Origin: Herbiconiux sp. SYSU D00978
GTDB taxonomy: Bacteria > Actinomycetota > Actinomycetes > Actinomycetales > Microbacteriaceae
Reading direction: 5' to 3'
Length of the DNA: 24,000 bases
NCBI RefSeq assembly: GCF_017355965.1
Contig: NZ_JAFIQW010000003.1
Coordinates: 1 to 24,000, forward strand
Shown one piece after another: positions 1 through 6,917 of this stretch (the stretch's first letter is position 1; each line of letters opens with the position of its first letter). A model generated the notes under the pieces. That model saw nothing but the letters and a program-made list of their open reading frames with translations, searched no databases and had not been told where the DNA came from. The translations under genes and the position numbers were made by a program.

Positions 1-207
1 CATGCTGGCCTTCAGGGCAACTATCCAACACCACTCCCAGGACCACCACACAGTGGCTATCCGTTCAGGAGGGCTGTCAATCGTAACTCGACTCGAACCG
101 GCTCGCAAGGAGCGTGGAACCGAGGTTCCGTTCGAGGGAGAGGATTGGTTCCCGCTTGAGGGCCGGTCAGCTTCCGCTTCCCGCACCCTTTGGGGCAACG
201 AGGAGAA
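1..207 (-). ncRNA. Candidate long structured 5' leader or cis-regulatory RNA of unrecognised class. It ends at GAAGG (13..9) plus ATG (3..1), which appears to open a gene running off the left edge.
   Basis: By hand count G+C is about 57-63% per 60 nt here, against about 72% in adjacent coding sequence. No frame shows the genome's GC3 bias. Watson-Crick stems form a three-way junction: 87-89/138-140 plus 92-98/130-136, hairpin 116-129 (GGAAC-CGAG-GTTCC on +), and hairpin 101-113. A further hairpin pairs 31-35 with 52-56. Strand is assigned from the upstream promoter and the downstream SD+ATG, not from the stems. Confidence 0.35.
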
Positions 208-236
208 ACATTACGTGGGATCCGCCGTTGCGGCAA
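208..236 (-). promoter_or_regulatory. Sigma-70/HrdB-like promoter on the minus strand: TTGCCG, 17 nt, TAATGT.
   Basis: The -35 TTGCCG is the reverse complement of 231..236. The -10 TAATGT (TANNNT type) is the reverse complement of 208..213. The spacer is 17 nt. The predicted TSS is near 201-202, reading leftwards. Confidence 0.4.
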
Positions 237-398
237 GCCAGCGCCACATCCCGGGCGTGTCGCGCCGAAGAAGCCCGGAATCCCGCGGTTCTCGCCGCTG
301 CGCGTCATCCGACCGCAGCGCCACCGGCCGCCCCGCGATCGATGCCTGGCCCCGCTCGCTCGGGTAACGGTTGCGCATCGCATCGTTCCGGGTACGCG

Positions 399-431
399 AA
401 AGGGGCGGCGGGGTCTCCCCCACCGCCCCTT
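399..431 (-). terminator. Intrinsic terminator hairpin downstream of clpC.
   Basis: The stem has 13 base pairs interrupted by one mismatch (400-413 with 418-431), with a 4-nt loop. It starts 15 nt after the clpC stop. On the minus strand it is followed by only UUU, the short tail typical of actinobacteria. Confidence 0.6.
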
Positions 432-445
432 CCGGCGCGTGCCGC

Positions 446-2929
446 CTAGGACTCGATCGCGGCGGCGCCGACCGTGAGCTCCTCACGGCCCGGCTGGCGC
501 GACGTCGAGAACACGAACTCGCCCTCGGCGAAGTCCACGTGCACGTGGTCGCCGGCGTTGAGCTCGCCGTGCAGGATCTTCTCGCTGAGCCGGTCCTCGA
601 TCTCGTGCTGCACCGCGCGGCGGAGCGGGCGCGCACCCAGGGTCGGGTCGAAGCCCACCTTGATGAGCTGCTCCTTCGCGGGCGTGGTCAGCTCGACGGT
701 CATGTCGCGGTCCAGCATCCGCTCGCCCAGGCGCTTGATGAACAGATCGACGATCTGCAGAAGCTCCGCGGGAGTGAGCTGCGGGAACACGATCGTCTCG
801 TCGACGCGGTTCAGGAACTCGGGCTTGAAGTGCTTCTTGAGCTCCTCGACGACCTTGGCGCGCATGCGCTGGTAGCCGGTCGAGTTTTCGCCCTCGAGCT
901 GGAAGCCCACCGGACCGTTGGCGATGTCCCTCGTGCCGAGGTTCGTCGTCATGATGATCACGGTGTTCTTGAAGTCGACGACGCGGCCCTGGCCATCCGT
1001 CAGACGTCCCTCCTCCAGGATCTGGAGGAGCGAGTTGAAGATGTCGGGGTGCGCCTTCTCGATCTCGTCGAAGAGCACGACGCTGAAGGGCTTGCGGCGA
1101 ACCTTCTCGGTTAGCTGGCCGCCCTCCTCGAAGCCGACGAACCCAGGAGGGGCACCGAACAGCCGCGAGACGGTGTGCTTCTCGCCGTACTCCGACATGT
1201 CGAGAGAGATCAGCGCACCCTCGTCGTCGAAGAGGAACTCGGCGAGCGCCTTGGCCAGCTCCGTCTTACCGACACCGGTGGGGCCGGCGAAGATGAACGA
1301 ACCGGAGGGACGACGCGGGTCCTTGAGGCCGGCGCGGGTGCGGCGGATGGTCTTGGCGAGGACCGAGATGGCCTCCTCCTGACCGATGACGCGCTCGTGC
1401 AGGGCCTTCTCCATGAAGATGAGCCGCGAGGACTCCTCCTCCGTGAGCTTGAACACCGGGATGCCGGTCGCCTGGGCGAGCACTTCGGCGATCAGGCCCT
1501 CGTCGACCTCGGCGGTCGTCGCGACGTCACCGGACTTCCACTGCTTCTCGAGGCGGAGCCGCTCACCGAGCAGCTTCTTCTCCTCGTCGCGCAGCGAGGC
1601 GGCCTTCTCGAAGTCCTGGTCCTCGATCGCTGCTTCCTTCTGGGCGCGGACACCGGCGATGCGCTCGTCGAACTCGCGCAGCTCCGGCGGCGCCGACAGG
1701 ATCGACAGGCGCAGGCGGGCGCCGGCCTCGTCGATCAGGTCGATGGCCTTGTCCGGCAGGAAGCGGTCCTGGATGTACCGGTCGGCGAGGTTCGCCGCCG
1801 CGACGATGGCACCGTCGGTGATGCTCACCTTGTGGTGCGCCTCGTAGCGGTCGCGCAGACCCTTGAGAATGTTGATGGCGTGGGGCAGCGACGGCTCGTT
1901 GACCTGGATCGGCTGGAAGCGGCGCTCGAGCGCGGCATCCTTCTCGAAGTGCTTGCGGTACTCGTCGAGCGTGGTCGCGCCGATCGTCTGCAGCTCACCA
2001 CGGGCGAGCAGCGGCTTGAGGATCGAGGCGGCGTCGATAGCGCCCTCAGCGGCACCGGCACCGACGAGCGTGTGGATCTCGTCGATGAACGTGATGATGT
2101 CGCCGCGGGTGCGGATCTCCTTGGTGACCTTCTTGAGGCGCTCCTCGAAGTCACCGCGGTAGCGGCTGCCGGCGATGAGAGAACCGAGGTCGAGCGTGTA
2201 GAGCTGCTTGTCCTTCAGCGTCTCGGGGACGTCGCCGCGGACGATCGCCTGCGCGAGGCCCTCGACGACGGCGGTCTTGCCGACGCCGGGCTCGCCGATC
2301 AGCACGGGGTTGTTCTTCGACCGACGCGAGAGGATCTGCATGACCCGCTCGATCTCCTTCTCACGGCCGATGACCGGGTCGAGCTTGTTGTCCCGAGCCG
2401 CCTGCGTGAGGTTGCGACCGAACTGGTCGAGGATCTGGCTTCCCTTGTCGGGCTGCTGCTCATTGCCGCCCACCGCCACGGCCTCCTTGCCCTGGTAACC
2501 ACTCAGGAGCTGGATGACCTGCTGCCGCACCTTGTTGAGGTCCGCGCCGAGCTTGACGAGGACCTGCGCCGCGACACCCTCACCCTCGCGGATGAGGCCG
2601 AGCAGGATGTGCTCCGTACCGATGTAGTTGTGACCGAGCTGCAGCGCCTCGCGCAGAGAGAGCTCGAGCACCTTCTTGGCGCGCGGGGTGAACGGGATGT
2701 GACCGGTGGGCTGCTGCTGGCCCTGACCGATGATGTCCTGGACCTGCTCGCGGACCGCGTCGAGGGAGATTCCGAGGGACTCCAGCGCCTTGGCCGCGAC
2801 TCCCTCGCCCTCGTGGATGAGGCCGAGCAGGATGTGCTCCGTACCGATGTAGTTGTGGTTGAGCATCTTGGCCTCTTCCTGGGCCAAAACGACGACACGA
2901 CGGGCTCGGTCGGTGAATCTCTCAAACAT
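446..2929 (-). CDS. clpC: ATP-dependent Clp protease ATP-binding subunit ClpC (ClpC1-type AAA+ unfoldase).
   Basis: 827 aa. Duplicated N-terminal Clp repeat ([15 protein letters not shown] appears twice). Two Walker A motifs ([16 protein letters not shown]). UVR-like linker. SD GAGGAG lies 5 nt upstream of the ATG. Confidence 0.97.
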   Translation of the reverse strand: MFERFTDRARRVVVLAQEEAKMLNHNYIGTEHILLGLIHEGEGVAAKALESLGISLDAVREQVQDIIGQGQQQPTGHIPFTPRAKKVLELSLREALQLGHNYIGTEHILLGLIREGEGVAAQVLVKLGADLNKVRQQVIQLLSGYQGKEAVAVGGNEQQPDKGSQILDQFGRNLTQAARDNKLDPVIGREKEIERVMQILSRRSKNNPVLIGEPGVGKTAVVEGLAQAIVRGDVPETLKDKQLYTLDLGSLIAGSRYRGDFEERLKKVTKEIRTRGDIITFIDEIHTLVGAGAAEGAIDAASILKPLLARGELQTIGATTLDEYRKHFEKDAALERRFQPIQVNEPSLPHAINILKGLRDRYEAHHKVSITDGAIVAAANLADRYIQDRFLPDKAIDLIDEAGARLRLSILSAPPELREFDERIAGVRAQKEAAIEDQDFEKAASLRDEEKKLLGERLRLEKQWKSGDVATTAEVDEGLIAEVLAQATGIPVFKLTEEESSRLIFMEKALHERVIGQEEAISVLAKTIRRTRAGLKDPRRPSGSFIFAGPTGVGKTELAKALAEFLFDDEGALISLDMSEYGEKHTVSRLFGAPPGFVGFEEGGQLTEKVRRKPFSVVLFDEIEKAHPDIFNSLLQILEEGRLTDGQGRVVDFKNTVIIMTTNLGTRDIANGPVGFQLEGENSTGYQRMRAKVVEELKKHFKPEFLNRVDETIVFPQLTPAELLQIVDLFIKRLGERMLDRDMTVELTTPAKEQLIKVGFDPTLGARPLRRAVQHEIEDRLSEKILHGELNAGDHVHVDFAEGEFVFSTSRQPGREELTVGAAAIES

Positions 2930-2970
2930 GTGAACTCCTCGGGCGCCGTGCAGGGTGGCGCCGTACGAAG

Positions 2971-3017
2971 AGAGTAACCAGCGGATCCTGGCGAACCTGC
3001 CCCTGTTCGCTGGCGGC
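2971..3017 (-). promoter_or_regulatory. Putative clpC promoter: a ClgR-like upstream site plus a TACTCT -10 box.
   Basis: On the minus strand: GCCGCCAGCGAACA (3017..3004), 27 nt, TACTCT (2976..2971). On the plus strand the site reads GTTCGC-N5-GCG (3005..3018). There is no recognisable -35. The same arrangement occurs upstream of ftsH. GCGAAC-N8-GTTCGC (2991..3010) forms an additional palindrome found only here. Confidence 0.45.
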
Positions 3018-3076
3018 GTGACGAGTTGCAGCGGCTCTTCAGGGGGCTCTTGTCCGGGCGGCCGCGGCGGGCTAGC

Positions 3077-3109
3077 TTATCGACTACCGATAACAACGAC
3101 ATTCGATAA
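3077..3109 (+). promoter_or_regulatory. Operator-like inverted repeat TTATCG-N5-CGATAA plus a third CGATAA half-site, upstream of the DUF2975/HTH pair.
   Basis: TTATCG is at 3077..3082 and CGATAA at 3088..3093 and 3104..3109. They sit in an AT-richer patch immediately upstream of the SD (AAGGA) and the ATG at 3118. Confidence 0.3.
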
Positions 3110-3117
3110 GGACGGCC

Positions 3118-3753
3118 ATGACGACGGTCTCGAAGCTCGACCTCTACCTGCTGCGGGTCGTCGTGGGAGGAGCGATCCTCTTCGCGCTGCTCACCATCGT
3201 CGGTCTGGCGCTGTCCACGATCTCTCTGGCGGTCGACGACGAGCTCCGCATCACCGGGATGCCGTACACGGGCGAGGCCGAGGTCCGCGACGCCCCTCCC
3301 GCCCTCGTGCAGGCGGACGTCAGCAGTGCGGATGCCACGGTCGTCGGCCTCGACGGTGGCGCGCGCGGCCTGCTGATCGCCGAGCGTCTCGCCGAGGGGC
3401 TGCCGGCCCTCGGCATCTGCGCCGCGGTCGCACTTGTCGGGCTGAGGGTGCTCGACGGGCGTCCGTTCGTGCGCTCGGCCACCTGGGCGGTCGGTCTCGC
3501 GGGGGTGTTCCTGATGGTGGGCGGCCTGTTGCAGCCTGCCTTCGCCGCCTACGCACGCGCCGCGGTCGTCGACTTCCTGGGGCCGCAGGCCGTGACCGCC
3601 GGCGGCGATCAGTCCGGCTCCTACCCGGGCTTCACCCGGTTCGTCATGCTGACGGACCTCTCCCCCATCGGCTGGGGCCTCGCCCTCGCCGTCGTGGCCA
3701 CCGCGTTCGAGCTCGGGCGGCGGATGCAGCGCGAGACGGACACCCTCGTCTGA
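3118..3753 (+). CDS. DUF2975-like multi-pass membrane protein.
   Basis: 211 aa with about four hydrophobic segments and a C-terminal FELGRRMQRETDTLV tail, as I recall for DUF2975. High GC3. Paired with a YozG-type HTH gene, which is the usual partner. Confidence 0.75.
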   Translation: MTTVSKLDLYLLRVVVGGAILFALLTIVGLALSTISLAVDDELRITGMPYTGEAEVRDAPPALVQADVSSADATVVGLDGGARGLLIAERLAEGLPALGICAAVALVGLRVLDGRPFVRSATWAVGLAGVFLMVGGLLQPAFAAYARAAVVDFLGPQAVTAGGDQSGSYPGFTRFVMLTDLSPIGWGLALAVVATAFELGRRMQRETDTLV

Positions 3754-4004
3754 TGGCTCCCGCCGACGACGAGCCGACCGGCATCCACTGCCGGCTCGAC
3801 GAACTGCTCGCGGAGCGCGGGATGACGGTGACCCGCCTCAGCGAACTCGTGGGCATCAGCGTCGTGAATCTCTCTGTACTGAAGAACGACCGGGCCCGAG
3901 CCATTCGGTACTCCACCCTCCGCGCGATCTGCGACGCCCTCGACTGCGAGGTGGGCGAACTGCTCGTGCTGTCACCCCCTGCGTCCGTCGCCGGCCGGGC
4001 GTAG
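3753..4004 (+). CDS. Small XRE/Cro-type HTH transcriptional regulator (YozG-like).
   Basis: 83 aa. The sequence RLDELLAERGMTVTRLSELVGISVVNLSVLKNDRARAIRYSTLRAICDALDCEVGELL is a typical YozG-family sequence. Its ATG overlaps the upstream TGA by 1 nt (TGATG). Confidence 0.85.
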   Translation: MAPADDEPTGIHCRLDELLAERGMTVTRLSELVGISVVNLSVLKNDRARAIRYSTLRAICDALDCEVGELLVLSPPASVAGRA

Positions 4005-4014
4005 TGTTCGCTGC

Positions 4015-4986
4015 GTGAGCAACCTCGAGAGGCAGCCCGGAGCCGTGCTGTGCGAGGCCGCCCCCGCGGACGGCGTCGAACTGCTCGAGCCCCGCGACGT
4101 CCCGCTCGGCGGACCGCGGGCGATGAGCGTGCGCCGCACCCTGCCGCAGCGCGCCCGCTCCCTCATCGGCGCCTGGTGCTTCCTCGACCACTACGGCCCC
4201 GACGACGTGCGGATCCAGGGCGGGATGCACGTGCCGCCGCATCCGCACACCGGGCTCGCGACCGTCAGCTGGCTGTTCGCCGGCGAGATCGAGCACCGGG
4301 ACTCGACCGGCGCGCACGCGCTCGTGCGTCCCGGTGAGCTGAACCTGATGACGGCGGGGCGCGGCATCCAGCACTCCGAGGTCTCGACCGACGCGGTCAC
4401 GATGCTGCATGGCGCGCAACTCTGGCTCGCGCTGCCCGACGCGCACCGCCACGATGCGCCGTTCTTCGAGCGCTACGTGCCCGAGCCCGTGCTGTTCGGC
4501 GCCGCGACGGTGCGGGTGTTCCTCGGCTCGCTCGTCGGGTCGACGAGCACGGCGACGACGTTCACCCCACTGCTCGGTGCACAGCTCGACCTTCCCGCGG
4601 GGGCGAGCGTCGAGCTGCCGGTCGACCCCCGCTTCGAGCACGGCTTGCTCGTGGACGCCGGGGCGCCTCGGTTCGAGGGCCACGCCGTGGCATCCGGAGA
4701 GCTCGCCTACGTCGCCCCCGGCCGCAGCACACTGCGCGTCGAGGCGACGGATGCTCCGCTGCGCGCGCTGCTGATCGGCGGCGAGCCGCTCGGCGAGCGC
4801 ATCGTGATGTGGTGGAACTTCGTCGGGCGGAGCCACGACGAGATCGTCGAGTACCGCGCGAAGTGGCAGGCGGACGGGATCGCGCGGCGCGACCCGGCGG
4901 GGTGGTTCGGGCTCGTGGAGGGGTTCGACGGGGAGCCGCTGCCGGCGCCGGAGCTGCCGAACGTGCGGTTGTCAGCTCGGGGGTAG
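4015..4986 (+). CDS. Pirin family protein (bicupin).
   Basis: 323 aa. Metal-binding region PPHPHTGLATVSWLFAGEIEHRDSTG...HSE. GTG start 10 nt after the HTH stop. Confidence 0.9.
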   Translation: MSNLERQPGAVLCEAAPADGVELLEPRDVPLGGPRAMSVRRTLPQRARSLIGAWCFLDHYGPDDVRIQGGMHVPPHPHTGLATVSWLFAGEIEHRDSTGAHALVRPGELNLMTAGRGIQHSEVSTDAVTMLHGAQLWLALPDAHRHDAPFFERYVPEPVLFGAATVRVFLGSLVGSTSTATTFTPLLGAQLDLPAGASVELPVDPRFEHGLLVDAGAPRFEGHAVASGELAYVAPGRSTLRVEATDAPLRALLIGGEPLGERIVMWWNFVGRSHDEIVEYRAKWQADGIARRDPAGWFGLVEGFDGEPLPAPELPNVRLSARG

Positions 4987-5050
4987 TGCGGCCTCGTCGG
5001 GAAGGGGTCTCGGCACGGCGGGCTTCGCCCTGCTACCGACCGGCGACGAA

Positions 5051-5102
5051 CGGCTACTCCGCCGACTGGTGAGGGGCCGCTACTCCGCCGACTGGTGAGG
5101 AG
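5051..5102. repeat. Two-copy 26-bp tandem direct repeat spanning the methyltransferase stop codon.
   Basis: GCTACTCCGCCGACTGGTGAGG occurs perfectly at 5053..5074 and 5079..5100. Each copy encodes ...HQSAE plus TAG on the minus strand, so ORFs 5054.. and 5080.. share the same tail. Confidence 0.9.
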
Positions 5103-5757
5103 CCGGGCCTCGGCGGCGGGCGCGAAGGACCGCGTCGCGCACGACGTCGCCGTGGTGGTGGCCGTGCTGGTGGTCGACCGGGTCGGTGCGCTGGAAGCGC
5201 TCGCGCGACTCGGCAGCCTCGACCACCCACTGCTCCTCGTCGAGCATTGCGGCGACGTCGACCGGCGACCAGTAGACGTCCTCGTCCTTCGGTCGCGAGA
5301 CCGTCGAGTGCAGGTCGGACGGGTCGTGTCCGACGAGCAGCAGCGTCCCGCCGGGCGCGACGGCGTCTATCAGTCGCGACAGCACCCGGCGCCACTGGTC
5401 GCCCGGCACGTGCAGGAATTGCGCCGACACGAGATCGGCCTGCGGCAGTCGGGGGTCGTCCTCCGCCGTGACATCCGCGAGCCGCCAGAGAATCCGGTCG
5501 GCGACGTCGTCACCCGCCTTGTCGGCGCGCTTGCCGGCCCGCTCGAGCGCGTAGCCGGAGAAGTCGACGGCGACGACGGTCCAGCCGTGCTGCGCGAGCC
5601 AGATGGCATCCGCCCCCTCGCCGCAACCGACGTCGAGGGCGACGCCCGGACGGAGTGCGGATGCCTCGGCGACGAGCTGGGCGTTCGGCGCACCGCTCCA
5701 CACGGCGTCGAGCGAGCGATAGCGGGCGTCCCAGAAAGCCGCGTCCCAGTCCGCCAC
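5080..5757 (-). CDS. Class I SAM-dependent methyltransferase.
   Basis: SAM-binding motif VALDVGCGEGADAIWLA...VVAVDFS. I place the start at GTG 5757, 7 nt after AGGAG. The longer ORF to 5838 overlaps the upstream peptide gene in another frame. Confidence 0.85.
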   Translation of the reverse strand: MADWDAAFWDARYRSLDAVWSGAPNAQLVAEASALRPGVALDVGCGEGADAIWLAQHGWTVVAVDFSGYALERAGKRADKAGDDVADRILWRLADVTAEDDPRLPQADLVSAQFLHVPGDQWRRVLSRLIDAVAPGGTLLLVGHDPSDLHSTVSRPKDEDVYWSPVDVAAMLDEEQWVVEAAESRERFQRTDPVDHQHGHHHGDVVRDAVLRARRRGPAPHQSAE

Positions 5758-5767
5758 GGTCGGGCTC

Positions 5768-5941
5768 CTAGCGGGCCTGGTCCTCGAGGCGGGCGCGCTC
5801 CTGCGCCTCGATCTTCGCGTAGGCGTCGCGCTCACCACGGTCGGCGCGGATGACCGAGCGCATGACGTACCAGAAGATGCCGCCGAGGAGGATGGTCGGC
5901 GTCACGGAGTAGAGCGCGTTCAGCCAGAAGTCCTCGATCAC
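5768..5941 (-). CDS. Small single-pass membrane protein (57 aa), hypothetical.
   Basis: MIEDFWLNALYSVTPTILLGGIFWYVMRSVIRADRGERDAYAKIEAQERARLEDQAR. GC3 is near-saturated. One TM segment followed by a charged tail. GTG start at 5941. Its TAG stop sits inside the downstream gene's SD (cTAGGAGc). Confidence 0.6.
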   Translation of the reverse strand: MIEDFWLNALYSVTPTILLGGIFWYVMRSVIRADRGERDAYAKIEAQERARLEDQAR

Positions 5942-5948
5942 GGGCTCA

Positions 5949-5954
5949 AGGATA
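5949..5954 (-). promoter_or_regulatory. Candidate -10 box TATCCT, 7 nt upstream of GTG 5941 (possible leaderless transcript).
   Basis: TANNNT hexamer on the minus strand, with spacing compatible with a TSS at or next to the start codon. Confidence 0.3.
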
Positions 5955-5997
5955 CGCGGCCGGAGCCCCCGAGGCTGGGCCGTCGTCGGTCGCGACT

Positions 5998-6044
5998 GTA
6001 CGGAAACTGCTGCCCTCTTCAGATCGGAAGAGCAGTTTGCGTAC
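5998..6044. repeat. 47-nt AT-richer imperfect inverted repeat (hairpin) between the CitE-like gene and the 57-aa ORF. It may be a tail-less terminator.
   Basis: The arms GTACG.AAACTGCT...CTTC and GAAG.AGCAGTTT.CGTAC flank the loop AGATCG. About 18 bp pair, with one mismatch and a 5-nt bulge. No U-tract follows on either strand. Confidence 0.7.
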
Positions 6045-6083
6045 TCTCTCAGCGGCGCCGCGGCGGAGAGCGCCTCCTCGTCG

Positions 6084-6911
6084 CTAGAGCGGGTTGATGC
6101 CGAAGGCGCGGGCGAGCTTGTCGATCTTCTCGGCGCGGCCAAGGCGGGGCAGGTCGCTGCCGTCGCGGATGACGCGGCCGCGCGCCTCGAAGTCGGCGAG
6201 GAAGTCGCGGGCCCACGTGACATCCGAGGCGGTCGGGCTGATGACCTCGTTGATGACGGGCAGCTGCTCGGTGTCGAGGCAGAGCTTGCCGGTGAGACCG
6301 AGCGCGACGGCGACCTCGCTCGACTCGCGGAGCACCGGGTGCGAGCGCGAGGCGGTGGGGCCGTCGATCGGACCGGGCAGGCCGCCGATGCGGCTGGCGA
6401 CGACGAGGCGGGAGCGGGGGTAGGCCATGGCGAGGTCGTCGGCGCTCGTGCCGGTGTCCTTGCGGTAGTCGCCGGAGCCGAAGGCGAGGCGGAACGCGCC
6501 GCGGGCGCGGGCGATGGTCACGGCCTCCTCGATGCCGAGGGCCGACTCGATCAGGACGAGCACGGGCTTCTCGCCGCGCAGGCGGTCGAACGTCTCGGAG
6601 ACGTGCGCGGCGTCCTCGGTCTTGGCGAGCATGACCCCGAGGAGACCGGGGACCCCGGTCAGGGCGTCGACGTCGTCGGACCAGAAGTCGCTCGAGCGGT
6701 CGTTGATGCGCACCCAGGCACGGCCACCGCCGCTCAGCCAGTCGATGACCTTGCCGCGGGCGGCGTCCTTGTCGGAGGGATCGACCGCGTCCTCGATGTC
6801 GAGCACGATCTGGTCGGCTCGCGAGTTCGCCGCCCGGTCGAAGGCCTCGGCGTGGTTGCCGTTCACCAGGAGCCAGGAGCGGGCGATCTCGGGGTTGACC
6901 TCGTTGTGCAC
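6084..6911 (-). CDS. HpcH/HpaI aldolase / citrate lyase beta (CitE)-like CoA-ester lyase family protein.
   Basis: 275 aa. N-terminal RSWLLVNG...ADQIVLDIEDAV matches the CitE-like family signature. GTG start. Confidence 0.88.
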   Translation of the reverse strand: MHNEVNPEIARSWLLVNGNHAEAFDRAANSRADQIVLDIEDAVDPSDKDAARGKVIDWLSGGGRAWVRINDRSSDFWSDDVDALTGVPGLLGVMLAKTEDAAHVSETFDRLRGEKPVLVLIESALGIEEAVTIARARGAFRLAFGSGDYRKDTGTSADDLAMAYPRSRLVVASRIGGLPGPIDGPTASRSHPVLRESSEVAVALGLTGKLCLDTEQLPVINEVISPTASDVTWARDFLADFEARGRVIRDGSDLPRLGRAEKIDKLARAFGINPL

Positions 6912-6917
6912 GCCTCG

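Noticed and set aside
90-99. tRNA-like T-loop sequence GGTTCGAGTC on the minus strand.
   Set aside because: No complementary T-stem, acceptor stem or anticodon arm could be built around it. It forms one side of the three-way-junction stem instead.
1-213. Assigning the leader to a known riboswitch: cobalamin (GCCACTG at 57..51, GGGAA at 182..178 on the minus strand), glycine (GGGAGAG ... GGGGCAAC on the plus strand), SAM-I/IV, TPP, ydaO or T-box.
   Set aside because: Only isolated short matches were found. The diagnostic cores are absent when read by eye: the cobalamin GGUG-AA-CC P3 arm and B12 box, the glycine CACCGAAGGGGCAA, the T-box UGGNACC, and others. An Rfam scan is needed for a definitive answer.
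2-367. ORF 2..367 (+, 121 aa) and ORF 57..383 (-) as possible protein genes downstream of clpC.
   Set aside because: Neither shows GC3 bias; many codons end in A/T, unlike every confident gene here. There are no recognisable motifs. The region is better explained as non-coding structured RNA plus a promoter.
1175-2977. Very long ORFs antisense to, or out of frame with, the called genes. Examples: 1175..2977+, 371..1114+, 6935..9649+, 6921..8432-, 8610..9893-, 10481..13039+, 15997..17349+, 16334..17458-, 19546..21999+, 19209..20135+, 22119..23765+, 3856..4836-.
   Set aside because: These are typical high-GC shadow ORFs. Their translations are Arg/Ala/Gly/Pro-rich and low in complexity, with no recognisable motifs. 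Each overlaps a gene with clear family motifs and GC3 saturation in the other frame.
4005-4013. A third copy of TGTTCGCTG (the left half of the clpC/ftsH 14-mer), 2 nt upstream of the pirin GTG.
   Set aside because: Only 9 nt match (GTTCGC-N5-GAG, with no GCG half-site). The orientation relative to the gene is opposite. No TACTCT box lies at the fixed distance, and the position abuts the start codon. It is most likely chance.
5051-5102. CRISPR-like or minisatellite array.
   Set aside because: There are only two copies with a 4-nt junction, no spacers and no cas genes. It is a simple tandem duplication.
6021-6033. Calling AGATCGGAAGAGC outright Illumina adapter contamination.
   Set aside because: The match stops at the 13-nt common stem and does not continue into either adapter arm. 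The flanks are mutually complementary genomic-looking sequence forming a hairpin. It is kept as a flagged finding rather than asserted as an artefact.
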